Source: Strigamia acuminata
Lineage: Eukaryota
DNA length: 64,000 nt
Direction of reading: 5' to 3'
Assembly (NCBI GenBank): GCA_949358305.1
Contig: OX442314.1
Coordinates: 868,001 to 932,000 of the forward strand
Below, one piece after another: positions 1 to 12,900 of the stretch (positions are counted from its first letter, which is position 1; each line of letters starts with the position of its first letter). The position numbers were made by a program, and so were the translations under genes. A model generated the notes under the pieces. The model ran no database searches. It saw only the letters and a list, made by a program, of their open reading frames with translations, and was not told the origin of the DNA.

Positions 1-72
1 GGCGGCGAAACGGAAGCGGCCGGAGTGCGTGACGCCTCCGAATTGTGGGGAAATGGTGCCCGTACGTCTGCA

Positions 73-773
73 TAAACTCAAAGACAGATGGCCCCAACAA
101 ATCTCCGTAGTCGTCGGATTGTTTTCTTTTCTGCGCATGGGCAGAAGAACCGTTTTCAGCGAGAGACGCTAAACAATAATCTGTCACGTAATTTCGTCTT
201 GACTCGATCAGCACACGGCAAGGTGAACAGCAAGATTTTGCTATTCGGCATGCTGTGTTCGTTTTTCACGTTATTTAATTCGGGTTTGATTTCCAAAAGG
301 TTGATTGGTTTCATTAACACAGCATTAACATTTCCGCAAATTTCTCAGCAGGTTTGAATTCTTTGAAAAATGATCCATTTATTTTCTTACATTTGTTCTT
401 AACGCCATTTTTAGGCCTACTATATAGGCCTACTTCGAATTGTATTTTCCTCCGTTACGGTTGAATATATATTTGGCAAGAATATTATTTGATGCACAGT
501 TTGGAGTGTTTTGGTGCCTTATGGCGGTTTTTCAAAGTATGGTTTGAAGATTTCATTTGAAATTTTTTGGTTTTGTGATATGATATTTGCCATTTTTCGT
601 GACATCAAGTGTTTAGTTTGAGAATTGATTTCTGAAACCTGGTTTTTATTTTCAAACTGATCAGTGGCTCAGGGGATGGTCATAAACTTTAAAAATGACA
701 TTTTCCAGCAAAAAAATGTATTTTCAGATGGAAAAAATGCATTTGCAAATGGAGAAATCCATTTGCAGATGGA
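73..773 (+). repeat. Dispersed repeat, copy 1 (copy 2 at 21436-22131)
   Basis: Near-identical text from TAAACTCAAAGACAGATGGCCCC in both places. Confidence 0.9.
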
Positions 774-1470
774 AATCAAAGCAGAAGAAATATTTAACCA
801 ACCAAATTTCTCAACAATATCTCGACCAATCAAACTGGGGCCACTGCTGTTGTGGCCTTGCTGATTGTTGTAGTAAGCGAGACTCGACCCAGCGTCTTAA
901 TGGGGTGTTTTTGATACGCAAAAAGCTTCAAACCAGTTGATTTGATCTCCTGAGCCGACAACAAACCTTTAGCCAACAGCACATCACAATCTTTAGCATT
1001 TAGGATGGATAATTCACTACCAGTATCTAGCCATAAATTAAAACTTAACAAATTCAAAATTACGCGATCACGGCGGGGAGCGCAGCCTCGCAGGCGCCAG
1101 TTGAAACAATGCGAAATCCTCATCCTGTTCTTGAATAACCAAGGTTTTGTTTCACGTGGATTACTAAATAATTCAATTAAATAAAATAAATTAAATTAAA
1201 TAAATAAAAAATAGATAAAATTTTTACTTCGGCTGTCGAATCGACTGCCATGCTAACACAATAAAATCGTTACGACCAAGCTCTTTTCCCTCCATTTTTA
1301 AATTGAATTTGACTTTTAGAGAAGAAAACAATTTAAAATTGCTTTCATGTACAAATATTTTGTCAAGTCATTTGGTTTACCTGATCAAAAATAATGTGGT
1401 CGAAAGGAGTCCTGATTCCACTAGAGTTAGGCCTAACGTTCAATGCACGAAAAAGACAAAGATAACAGCG

Positions 1471-1484
1471 GTTGCCATAGAAAC
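1471..1484. promoter_or_regulatory. RFX X-box-like motif
   Basis: GTTGCCATAGAAAC with two nearby half sites and CCAAT ~1526. Confidence 0.5.
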
Positions 1485-2538
1485 TAGTGCATAGCAACAG
1501 AAGCGAGTCATAGTAACGCTGCAGTCCAATCACAACACAGGAAATAATTGCATATTTTTTAAAAATTTCTCGAATTTGTCAAAATTAGTTCCGTGAAATT
1601 TAATTTTCCCAAATTGTTTTAAAAAAAATTTTTGCAACTCATCCAAATTTTTCTCCAATTTTTCTCAAAAAGTTTTAATAAATTTGAGAATTCTTTTAAA
1701 TCATGCCACTGACGTGACATTTTCGTAATATATCGTAGTCCTCCGCTTTTGTTCAGCCCGAGCGATTACAGGATTAGCTACGTGGCCACGAACGAGAGCT
1801 AAAGTGGGATTTCCCACAAACAAATCATTCGTTGGAATCGGCAATTCGCTCGTACACAATCAATGGGCTTTCGCCCCTCACGACTTATCGCGTCCAAGTG
1901 ACGACGGTTCGTACACACACCCGGGTCGCGTCACCGTCACCACTCGCATAGAGACGCCAACCAGTACACCGAAAAACAAGTGAGAAAGATTTGTATATCT
2001 GCGCAATTAGCTGAAACTGGTGCAAGACTATTCTAAGTATAAGCTTAGAAAAACTAAGCCAAAGACGCAGTTTATTCCCGATTAAGTGATAAACTTTATT
2101 GTGGTCGTCTCCTCCTTTATCTGCTTGTAGTGAATTATTATTTTGTAATTACTGTACAGTTCTGTCAAACACTTGTACTGTAAATTTGATTAGTCTTGTA
2201 GTGGAACTTCGTCTTTGCTAAAAACATAATTTGAAATGGCCAATTCTATTTTGAGAATGTCAATACAGTACTACTTTAGGATTTGTCATTCTTTGACATC
2301 CTCACACCCATGGTGCTACCAAATTGACTAAGAAACGGCTTGTTGGCTTCCTTTCATTGATTTTGGGCGGGGACTCTTTCTTCTGATGTCCTCATCCTCC
2401 GAGTCCGTGAATCTGTGTCGTATCCTCCCCTGCTGAGGTGTCACTTTCTCTCCACTCTCTTTGTGTCCTCTTATATATGTAAAAATAAAATAAATATATA
2501 AATAAATAAATAAATATAAAATATAAAACTAAAATATA

Positions 2539-3101
2539 TGTATTAAATTAAATAACTTCTATTAGCAGAAATAAATCAAAAAAATATATTTTCATTCTGT
2601 AAACAAGTAAATATCTGTAGTGCATGGAAGCATTACATCTTAGACTTCTACACCCCTTCTACACTTTTCTGTATAGAAGTACATCTGTTCGTCTGTCCTT
2701 TAAAATTTTTACTTACTCAGCTTTAGAAGTCTAAAAAAAAATTTCTGTTACCAGTTTGTAAAAGTCTAAAACCAGTTTTTTTATTAAACCCGAGGTCGGA
2801 GAAATACAAAAATTTCTTAGGCACCTATTGAAGGTATTCGGAGTTCATTGCAGTTGCCCGTTTGGCTGAATGTTGGTGTTGATGTTAATATAAATGCCAA
2901 TATTAAAAACGATCAACGTGGGTGGAGGTGGAGGTGGAATCGACTGCATGTTCGGTATGTCATGTGTTGGATTGGACGGTACAATGTTTGTTCAATTGTA
3001 TTAAATTAAATAACTTCTATTAGCAGAAATAAATCAAAAAAATATACTTTTATTCTGTAAACAAGTAAATATCTGTAGTGCATGGAAGCATTACATCTTA
3101 G
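2539..3101 (+). repeat. Local ~104-bp direct duplication (2539-2642 / 2998-3101)
   Basis: GTATTAAATTAAATAAC...CATTACATCTTAG occurs twice. Confidence 0.85.
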
Positions 3102-3187
3102 CTTTCGTTTCTTTCGGAGTTTTGAAACAATTGCCAGGATCGTGCCTATGGGAATTAAGAAATGAGTCCTTTACGGATGGGGCCATG

Positions 3188-3221
<34 letters not shown>

Positions 3222-4189
3222 TTGTTTGAATTTTTCTTGCAACAACTGTTAGTTGCTTTTCAGACGCCCCGCCCTCCTTTATTTGTGTATACTTGTATGT
3301 CAAAAGAGCTAAACTGATCATTTTTACATGATTCCTGTCAAGTTGGTTGAAATAATGTTGCTTTACTGGTTGGCTAATGAGTTTTTAGCTGGAATCTAAT
3401 CTCTCTTGTTTGGTGTGGAACTCTGCTTTCCCTTATTCTTAATTATGTTCTGCACACAGCAGAAAGGTGACGAGGAACTACTAACCTACCTATCCATCCA
3501 TCTTTGAAATTGCGGTTAAGAAAAATAAAATACATCAGGCGACATTTCACGACCAAAATCCTCAGGAATGTCAAGTGCGTTTACTGGCACTGCCTTCTTC
3601 TTTTCCTTCTTCCCATTCTCTTAAATATTTGACAGCTTATGTGCTGACACTCTAAACGCCTTGCGGTGAACGAATTTGCGATCTACAAACTTCTACATAC
3701 TCAAAAAAAATTTCTCAGAACATTGAAATACACTGAAACATTGCGAATTAATCGTCGAGTGAACGGTATAAAGTCTGAAGCGGACGCCATTTGGCGTGGA
3801 ATTGTTCACTCATTTAAGAAGATAAATTGGCCGAACCGTTATAAATTCGAGTATAAATTATTATTTCCGTTACCGTAACTTTTTAAAACATCTCCGCAAT
3901 AAGAGTGGCGCCACCTCTTAATAGTTTCCCATACTAATCCCACAAAGGTTGGATTTTTCGATCAATTCGGCAAATCAGTGTCACAAATGCAATTTTCACC
4001 CAAGAAGATCCATGTGTGAGTCACCCATCCCCTCTGGAAACAGACAGCCACTAAATTAAACTCCAACACACCACCGGAGATGCAGGAAATGTCGTTCCCT
4101 CCGCGCACCGTTACAAATTCGAATTCCTCAGCAAGCAAAAAGGGTCGCCTCACCTGCCCTTGCAGCTTGCCTCTGCCTAGGTTCTGGAT

Positions 4190-4771
4190 AATTAAAACTT
4201 GTTAAAGCAGACTAACACTTTCAGAGCATATAATCAACACCTATGCCTCGTCGATTTGGAACTCAACGGTTCGCCGGTTCAAGTTCCCTCTCGCTAAGGC
4301 GTACAATGCGGTCATTCGCAACGCTTTCAACCGTTACGGTCATAACCACATCACCCCAGTGTGCAATGAGTTCGGTATCCTGACTTTGGACAACCTCCTC
4401 CTGCTTCATGATCTCTCCGCCATAGCAGACGTCCTCCGAAATGCGGATCATCCTGCTCATGCCATCACGGAATTCTACCACTCTGATGTGAATACCCGGA
4501 CGTCTCGGCGCCATAAGTTCGAGATCACGGTAGAGCGAACGACCTACCTACGCAAGACATTCCCACATAGATGCACGACACTCTGGAATGATCTTCCCAT
4601 CGACCTCCGCACTACGGTCTTTGACTGTGCTGCCTCAAAGTGTCGTTTCCACTGCTGCCACCTTCATAAGCACATAAGCAAACACCTATTAGACCAACAA
4701 GCTCTTTCATAAACCTGTATCCTACTTCCACTGGAGTGTCTCTTAAATAAATAAATAAATAAATAAATAAA
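4190..4771 (+). mobile_element. 5'-truncated non-LTR retrotransposon (CR1/L2-like) 3' end
   Basis: YASSIWN and TFPHRCTTLWNDLP RT C-terminal motifs, stop at 4712, (TAAA)n tail 4744-4771. Confidence 0.8.
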
Positions 4772-6758
4772 CTTAAGCTGAGGGAAAGGTCACAACATCA
4801 CCCTAACTTTGACCTTATCGTTTTAAAACCCAAGTTTGGCCTACTTTTCCCTCCACAAAACCACATGGCGACTCAATTTGCTTTTAAAAACTCGAGTCAA
4901 GGGCACGTGAAAAGTAACACGTCAACAAAAGCAAATTTCTCATTTTTTTTCTTTTTCTTCTTCTATTTTTCTCGTATTCTTTACTTCCCATATAACCTTC
5001 GTCTTTAATTCAACTTCCGTTCATTACCATTCATTTAAGACAAACATCCTATTTTCTGAGAAAGAAGAACATTAATTCACGTCCTGGATTTAATAATAAT
5101 AATAATAATAAAAACATCCAACCCATCGCTCCAATTCCCAATAATCGTCACCAGATGCCGGTGCCGCAGCAAGCTTCTTCAATCAAATTTCAAATCAATA
5201 TCGAAATCCCTAATCGAACCGCATTCCGCCACGCTGCCCGATCAATATTTGCCTCAAATTAAAAAATTATTTACCACCATTTCTATTTTTAAAGAAAATC
5301 CTCAACAGGTTGCGCGGCAATAAGAAATGTCACAACAAATAAAACTCATTTCCCCCGTGCCTTAAATCGATACACAAACATCTGCATTTGGATTCTCTCA
5401 CGAAGATGCCAAACTCCTGGTTTATTCACACGCTTCCAACATCCAGATCCAGAGCTTTAAAGCCCAAAATATAAAACTCCACTACCCAACCTCGCATACC
5501 TCTGGGGGTCAATATCCATCCTGCAACCCGAGAAGCAAAAGGAAGGGGTTTGGGTAAACGAGCGTGGGAAAAAACCGAGCAAAATAATTTCATCCGCTTA
5601 ATCCTATTAACTCCAATTTATGAGAAAATCCATTAGCCCGCACGTCAATCTCAAAGGGGCGGGGTGGCGCTATTGTCGCGAAAATATAAATCGCGAATTT
5701 CAGCAATCGCGAAATTAGCGATTCCTGAATTCAAAGAATTATATCGCGAACTGGCACATTCGCGAATCCAAGAATCGCGAAAGTGACGTATCGCGAATCG
5801 GTGTAATCGCGAAAACCAAATCCACAACGTGCAATGACATCGTATTCAATAAATTTAAAGCATTTGCTGGGAAAATAAAATATAAATTGATTTTGAGCTG
5901 GAAAAATTCCATTTTCACGCAAAATAACGCTTTTTTCTCATAAACTAGTTATTTATTTATTTTGTGGTTGTGTAATATTGGCATGGAAACTACGTACATA
6001 ATAAGTACACTGTTTTAATACGTAGATACGTCCCAGAAAATGAAAACGTGCGTAAAAAGAAATTAGCTGCATTCAAAAAGTAGTTTTATAACTCTTTTAG
6101 TTATTTGTGTTTTTGTTTTGTGATTTTAAAAGAAACACAAACACCAAAAACGGGACTTTTGAATGCAAAACTACTGTGTACTTTATTAAAAATCTTTATA
6201 AAAAAGCCGTTATATCAAATAAATCGTGTAAAAACAGAATTTAATTACTTTTCTGGACCGTGTAAAAAGACCGTGTAAAAACAGAGTTTGGTGTAAAGGA
6301 TTTATACAGTATACTGATTAAGAAAAACAGACATTTACAACTTCGAGAGGAAATACTATAATTCTACCGTAAAATTGAAAACGTTTTAAAAATATTACTC
6401 ATTTAATTCTTTTATTTTCTCATCAAAAGTGAAGACTTAAAGACCGTTCTTATTTTTCTTCTGGATAATGTTTGACTTGCTGGAAAACCAACAATTTCGT
6501 CAGTTTTGTTTTTGATGTTTCACTCCAATTACTCCACAAAATTCCCATTTTTCACTCGAAAACAAAACTGATCCACTTTGAAACAAGTAATCACAAATTA
6601 TCCGAGAGGACATCATCTAACATGCGGGCAATTCCACGTCCCGCCCATCGAGCCCAGAGCCCACAGCACAGCCAATTCAAAGCAAATCCCGCATAAAATC
6701 GCTGGAATTATCTGATGCGAGCTGGAAATAAACGAATGGCCCTCGTCTTTAGTCTCCT

Positions 6759-7368
6759 TGTGGTGACCACGAGGTCACAAAAGTGTTTTAATAATTTATA
6801 ATTCAATAAATAATGATTTTAGTATTCATAATAAAATATTGTCAGATCATTACGGGAAAACTAGCTATACTAGTTTTACCGTTTCTGCGGGACTGACGTG
6901 ACAACGTCATGAATTTGCATAATTCTCCGAATTTAGGCAAATACGTCATTTCCGGTCCAGCCAGTATTTAAACCCGTGTCTGACCGGAAACCCGCCACTT
7001 TATAGATACCAGAGCAACATTAGCATCACCACCTCACCGTCAGGCCGTTTTACCGGATTGATAGAGGATCGATGCCCGTTGCCAATTACATCTATAAATC
7101 AGAGTCACAGATATTATCGTAGCAATACTACGATCGTAATATCTCCCGAAGCGAAGCGTTTGCGAACACGTGTTTCGCCAGACGCCATTACCCTAGACAA
7201 CAGTAGAAGCCACGTGTAAGACTGCCGTGCAGCAACAAATCGTATCCGCCAGCAAGGATCCGAGACCACATTGTTAAGTATCATTATTGTATTATTACAA
7301 GTGTGAAATAAAGGGTGTTATTAGTAAGATATTGTGTAAGTTTATTTACCGGAATCAAGGTTACGACA
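6759..7368 (+). repeat. 5' LTR (610 bp)
   Basis: TG...CA termini with imperfect terminal inverted repeat; matches 17538-18147; AATAAA near 3' end. Confidence 0.97.
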
Positions 7369-7370
7369 CG

Positions 7371-7388
7371 TGGGGGCCCGTCCGGGAT
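7371..7388 (+). promoter_or_regulatory. Primer-binding site complementary to tRNA-Pro 3' end
   Basis: TGGGGGCCCGTCCGGGAT 2 nt after the LTR; one mismatch to the MLV tRNA-Pro PBS TGGGGGCTCGTCCGGGAT. Confidence 0.92.
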
Positions 7389-7454
7389 AGTTTTGAACAT
7401 TCAAACTATTTTAAATAAACATATCTTACGGTTTGAACTTTGCAAACTATCGAA

Positions 7455-9995
7455 ATGACGAAAAGCGGGAAAAATCGAAACCCTTCAACCGCAAGCGCCC
7501 GAAGAAAAGCCATGGAATCCGCCAAGGCAAGGGCCGAAACATTAGCTAGTCCAGCGTTAGAAAAGCAGCCACCGGAGCCGACGAGGGAAAAGGCGACTGG
7601 AAAGACACCAGTCAACGAAAACCACGCGGAAAAACCACCCGAGAATGTGCCGACCGGAAGAACGCCGGCTAGTAAAGTACCCGCTAGCAAAAACCCAACC
7701 AATAAAACGCCGATAAATCAGCGAATCGAAGAAGAAGTCGAAGAAGAGGAGGAAGAATCCGGACAAAGTCAGAACGGGTATAACCTATTCGACAATCGGG
7801 ATAATCGCCAGAGTAATCGTGTCACGATCACACACGGTTATAATTCGAAGAAATCCCAGATCGATAGCTGTAAAGAAGCGTACGAACTCGCTCGACTGGA
7901 GGGAATCCCTTACAACGAAGAAGGGGACCCGCTAGCACAGATGAACATGATCATTCGTCTTGCCAAAGAGCGAGCGGAAAAACGAGCCCTTAGAAGAGGT
8001 CGAAAAAACGTAAAACGTCAAAAAACGAATAACCAAACGACGGACTCCTATGATTCCACCCGAACATCCGACGCCGACGACGAAAGCGAGGCCGATTCCC
8101 TCAGCTCGAAAGGAATCAACGTTCAAGGATGGGATAGTATAGTGGACGAGCCAGTCGAAATCCAGAACGAATTCCTGGAAGCCTTCCAGCAGGACCGTCG
8201 AAATAATAAGGGTCAACAGTCGTGGGCAATCGCCCAATCCTTTGCTACGAGAGCTGGCCACACCAGTCAAACCCCAAAGGATCCTAACGCAGAGATGATT
8301 AGACTGATAAATCAGCGAAACCACCTCAGAAACCAGCAAGGACGGAACAGGTTGGCAATGCCAAGCCTCGAAGATATCCAGACGGTACAAGCCAACGTCG
8401 AAGCAGCAAACGAGGCGGAAAGAATTAAAATACAAGCCGCCAACGAAGTCGACCGAGAAGCCGCAAGACTAAAGACACAACTTTACAGCGGGAGAGGGTC
8501 GACCATTTTGATCGGACAGAAGAACGGGGTCCTAAATGGAACAGCCATAAACGGAATTTTCCCCCCCGGAACACAACTGACCGAGTCGCAACCAAACTCG
8601 ACAACACCGACCTTGACCGACCCGAACTCAACCAACGGTAATTTCCAACGATTTGCGCCACAAAATGGAGCTACGTCCCCGAACTGTGGGAATCAATACC
8701 AAGCCGATCCCATAATGGAAGCTAGATTGAGAGCACTCGAGGAACGAGCACGCGCCGACTCCCAGGTCAACCAAAATCGAAATCTGAGAAATCGCCCAAG
8801 ACAAAACGAGAGCCTTCTTCGAAAATATTCCGCCGATCAATGGGCCTTAGAACAAAAGGACCGAAACATAAAATGGTCACAGTTGCGACTGATGAGATTC
8901 GACGGAACCTGGAGGGCCGGCAATAAATTCTTAGACGAAGTGGCACTCACCATTTCACGACTCGGAGCCGAACCCGACGAGATGGTAACAAAAGGGCTAC
9001 CCGAAATGTTAGTAGGGGAAGCCAGAGCCTGGTATGTGGAAGCAAAATTAAAAACTTGGGAACAGTTTGTCGTCGCTTTCAACAGTCAGTACGGCGAGAC
9101 CCAAAAAGAAATTAGACAGAGAGTCAGTCTCATGCTACAAGCCGCAGGAGAAGAATTACGAGCCTATTTCCGACGAGCGAAAAGTTTGTTCAACGAGTTG
9201 GATACGCCACTCGACGAATATGCGCAAAACGTGATTTTCGAAAAAGGGTTAAACGACACCTCAAAGAAAGTACTGAGAGATATGAACGCTCCCACAGCAG
9301 ATAGTTTCGAACAGCTGCTAAAATTTGTAAATGACTATCACGAAGAAGTAGACGATCGTTATACGGAGGCCCTGACGCCCGAACAGAGGACACAAACGCA
9401 ACTCCGCATACAGCGTATCCATGCGAAAAATCATGACGCAGGGAGACTGATCCAGTCGCGTAGCTTCCTGAACGGGGAAATCGAGGCCGCACCTCCGAAA
9501 AAGGCGAACGATAAAGCCACCTCGAACCCGATACCGGCTCCAAAAGCTTACAAAGCCAGTACAAACTCCGACGCAACTAATCTCGAAGAAGGGAGGGAAA
9601 GTGAAGAAAACAACTCCGAGCAAAACTCAGGAGGAGATACCAGCGATAGCCAACAAGAAGAAGAGATTCTCCACGCTAACATGGGGAAAGAAATCGCCCC
9701 CAGCTACCGACCCCGAATGAAGACCGCGAATAAAACGGAGCACCACAACCCAAAAAGCGAAAAACCCTACGAGAAAAAAGAGTTCGTGAGACGACCGTAC
9801 CCGAAAACAGATAACTCCACCACAAAACCTTGTAATTACTGTAACGAGGTGGGACACTGGAGAAGAGATTGCCCAAAACGAAAGAAGAGGAAGGAAGAGA
9901 AGGAAGCCGCCAAAAACGACGCATTGTTAGAAAAGCTAACAGCCAAATTCGAAGAACTGACAAAAAACTGGTTAAAGCAGACAGAGAAAAAATAA
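7455..9995 (+). CDS. gag: Gag (846 aa from first ATG): long low-complexity N-terminus, capsid-like region, CCHC zinc knuckle
   Basis: L-GEARAWY...TWEQFVVAF retrotransposon gag motif; CNYCNEVGHWRRDC knuckle. Confidence 0.93.
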   Translation: MTKSGKNRNPSTASARRKAMESAKARAETLASPALEKQPPEPTREKATGKTPVNENHAEKPPENVPTGRTPASKVPASKNPTNKTPINQRIEEEVEEEEEESGQSQNGYNLFDNRDNRQSNRVTITHGYNSKKSQIDSCKEAYELARLEGIPYNEEGDPLAQMNMIIRLAKERAEKRALRRGRKNVKRQKTNNQTTDSYDSTRTSDADDESEADSLSSKGINVQGWDSIVDEPVEIQNEFLEAFQQDRRNNKGQQSWAIAQSFATRAGHTSQTPKDPNAEMIRLINQRNHLRNQQGRNRLAMPSLEDIQTVQANVEAANEAERIKIQAANEVDREAARLKTQLYSGRGSTILIGQKNGVLNGTAINGIFPPGTQLTESQPNSTTPTLTDPNSTNGNFQRFAPQNGATSPNCGNQYQADPIMEARLRALEERARADSQVNQNRNLRNRPRQNESLLRKYSADQWALEQKDRNIKWSQLRLMRFDGTWRAGNKFLDEVALTISRLGAEPDEMVTKGLPEMLVGEARAWYVEAKLKTWEQFVVAFNSQYGETQKEIRQRVSLMLQAAGEELRAYFRRAKSLFNELDTPLDEYAQNVIFEKGLNDTSKKVLRDMNAPTADSFEQLLKFVNDYHEEVDDRYTEALTPEQRTQTQLRIQRIHAKNHDAGRLIQSRSFLNGEIEAAPPKKANDKATSNPIPAPKAYKASTNSDATNLEEGRESEENNSEQNSGGDTSDSQQEEEILHANMGKEIAPSYRPRMKTANKTEHHNPKSEKPYEKKEFVRRPYPKTDNSTTKPCNYCNEVGHWRRDCPKRKKRKEEKEAAKNDALLEKLTAKFEELTKNWLKQTEKK

Positions 9996-12900
9996 TAAAT
10001 CTGTCTGCACGCCCGGAAGACCAAACCCCAAAATTTACCAAGAATACGACAATTAACCAGGCAATTAACGAAGTAATTACGGAAGAAGTAGTCAAATTAA
10101 AACTCAAATTAAAAGAGAAAAAATCGAAAGAAATTGAAACAAATAATAAAGAAATTAGCGACTCAAGTTCGGAAGACGAATTAAAAGCCAAATGGATAAA
10201 CACCAATTGGTTAGAAAAACAAATAAAAGAATTACAGAAAAAGGTCGTTTATTTCACTACGGCTTACTTCACCACAGAAAAACGCGAATATAGTGGCCCA
10301 ACCACTAATACGGCGGACGGCGAAAAAATAGCCGAAACATTCCAAGAATTACCTCACGCCTACGAGGAGGCCCCACCTCGAAAGAAACGCATTTTACATT
10401 GTAATTTGGTTAAAGAGCGGAAGGACTCACTCGCAATGTTAACAATCAAGTTTAACGACAAAAAATTCATCGGTTTGTTGGATTCGGGAGCCGACCGGTC
10501 CTTTATCTCTTCAGATCTATACGAGTCGCTGGACAAAAAACAACGCGACAAACTACGGGGAATAAGCGAAAATGTGGCCGTAAAAACCGCTGCTGGAGAA
10601 GTGCGTCCAGTAGGGGTACTGACAACAAAAGTCATATGGGAGGGAGGCGTAATAACCCACCCTTTCATCGTTTTACCAACCTACGACACGGTCCTACTCT
10701 TGGGTATGGACATCATGGCCATAATGGAGATCCAGCCCAACCCCATAACGAGGTCCTGGAACTATATCGATAAACGCGAGGACCCCCGACTAATGACAGT
10801 ACCTACCGAACTCCTAGATTCAAACGACGAAGAGGACGAATGGAAAGGCGGAAATTTGAAGCAATTCGTACAAGATTACGATTTCAAATCTTTTAACGCC
10901 CGACTCCAAGAAGGAAATTTGGCTCACAATTTGGCCATGGACGCGAACCTAGGAGAAACCCAGACTAAATTACTTGAAGAAATGCTACAAAAACATCGAA
11001 AAATCCTGACTAAAGAACCGGGAAAGACAAATTACGTAAAACACGAAATAGAATTAAGTACGGATAAGCCAGTACGAGTTCCATTCAAGGGCATGAACCC
11101 CCAAAAACGCGAAATCGTCAAGACGATCTGTCAAGACTTACTGGACAAGGGGATAGTGTCCGAGGCATTAGGAGAATATGCGATGAGAATCGTGCTCGTC
11201 ATGCGTGCAGGATCGGAACCCAGACTGTGTATCGATTATCGACCTCTAAACGCCATTACCGTTATCGACCCCGTCCAGATGCCATCAATCGAAGCTATTC
11301 TTCGAGAACTAGCCCCATTTAATTGGGTAACAACGATGGATCTGTCGAAAGGATATTGGCAGGTCGAACTCCGTGCCGAAGACAAAGAAAAAACCGCTTT
11401 CTGGTCCCCGATGGGCAGATTAATGTTTAATGTCATGCCATTTGGCCTAGTAAATGCCCCGGCAACATTTCAACGATTAATCGAGAAGGTTTTGGGCGAC
11501 GCGCTACATAAATACGCCTGGGCTTACCTGGACGATATTATTATTGTTTCCCAGACTTTTGACGAACACATCAGACATATCGACGAAGTAATACGTCGTT
11601 TAGCAAAAGCCGGACTCCACATACACCCCGGAAAGAGCCAGTTTTGCCGAAAAGAACTTGCGTTTCTTGGATACAAAGTTGGAGTCAATGGCTTATCCAT
11701 AGACCCAAAGAAAGTACGAGCAATCACCGATTTTCCAGCACCTACGGACGTGAAAGGGGTACAACGTTTTTTAGGAATGGTAAATTTCTTCGGCCGACTC
11801 CTGCCACATTTAGCGGAAGTCGCGGCCCCAATCACCGATCTTTTAAAGACTGTCCAGAAAATAAATCCAAAGGAGGACCCGCCGAAAGACCCCGAAATCA
11901 AATTTAACTGGACCAGCCATTGCGAAGCAGCGTTTGACAAAATCAAACAAATGCTAATCGACACCAAAACCATCCCTCTCCCCGACTTGAATCGCGAATT
12001 TATCTTACATACGGATGCGAGTAAAATCGGATTGGGGGCTGCGTTGATGCAAATGCACGAAATCGACGGCATACATCAAGAAGTACCCACGATCTTTATC
12101 AGCCGGAAAATTCAAGCCGCCGAGAAAAATTACTCAGCGACAGAGCTCGAATGCTTGGCAATCGTATGGGCAGTTCGTAAATTCAGGCCTTACCTCGAGT
12201 TTACAAAATTTACCGTCCAGACCGACCATCAGGCATTAAGGTGGTTCATGGGCCTGAAAGAACCTTCGGGCCGGATGGCTCGATGGCAATTAGAGCTCAT
12301 GGCTTACGACTTACAAATCGAGTACAAGCCAGGGAAGTATAACACAGTCGCCGACGCGCTCTCTAGAGCTCCCGCCTCAGAACCCGACGAGCCAGACGAC
12401 GACGGCGACGACGATTCTCGGATAGCTTACTGTCCCACCCCGATCAGGAAGTGGGAATTCAGAAAACAGAATGAACTGCCGAAAGAAAAGTTGGAATCTT
12501 CCGATGAAAAATACGTCGGATATTGGATGAGGGCATATCAATCGGCAAAAGATGCCAGACCAAATTACGACTTATCCATCGAACCCAGAGTCTCGGATAA
12601 ATTTGTGCGAGCTTTCGTTACACACGTGAGTAAAGGCACGAACTGTGTCCCACCTACTCGCGAGGAACTCGTCGAAGCTCAGAAGAACGACACCGCCTTC
12701 TGTAAAAGGTTCTATGACTACTTGACCAACGAGACTTTCCCTGGCGACGTCTACAGCGAAGAATCCAGAGAAGAGTTCAAAATTAAGGCTTCCGCTTATC
12801 TGATAGACGATGGCCTACTTTTAAAGTACCATCCGAACTTTCGGGACGACTTGACAGAGTCAGGGAGTTCAATTAAAGTCGTAATTCCGAGAAAAGTTCG

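Noticed and set aside
88..357. 89-aa ORF duplicated at 21451
   Set aside because: Frame differs between the two repeat copies; no coding evidence
5675..6310. TCGCGAA and CGTGTAAAAA motif clusters as a MITE
   Set aside because: Likely TE remnants, but paired TIRs or a TSD could not be established
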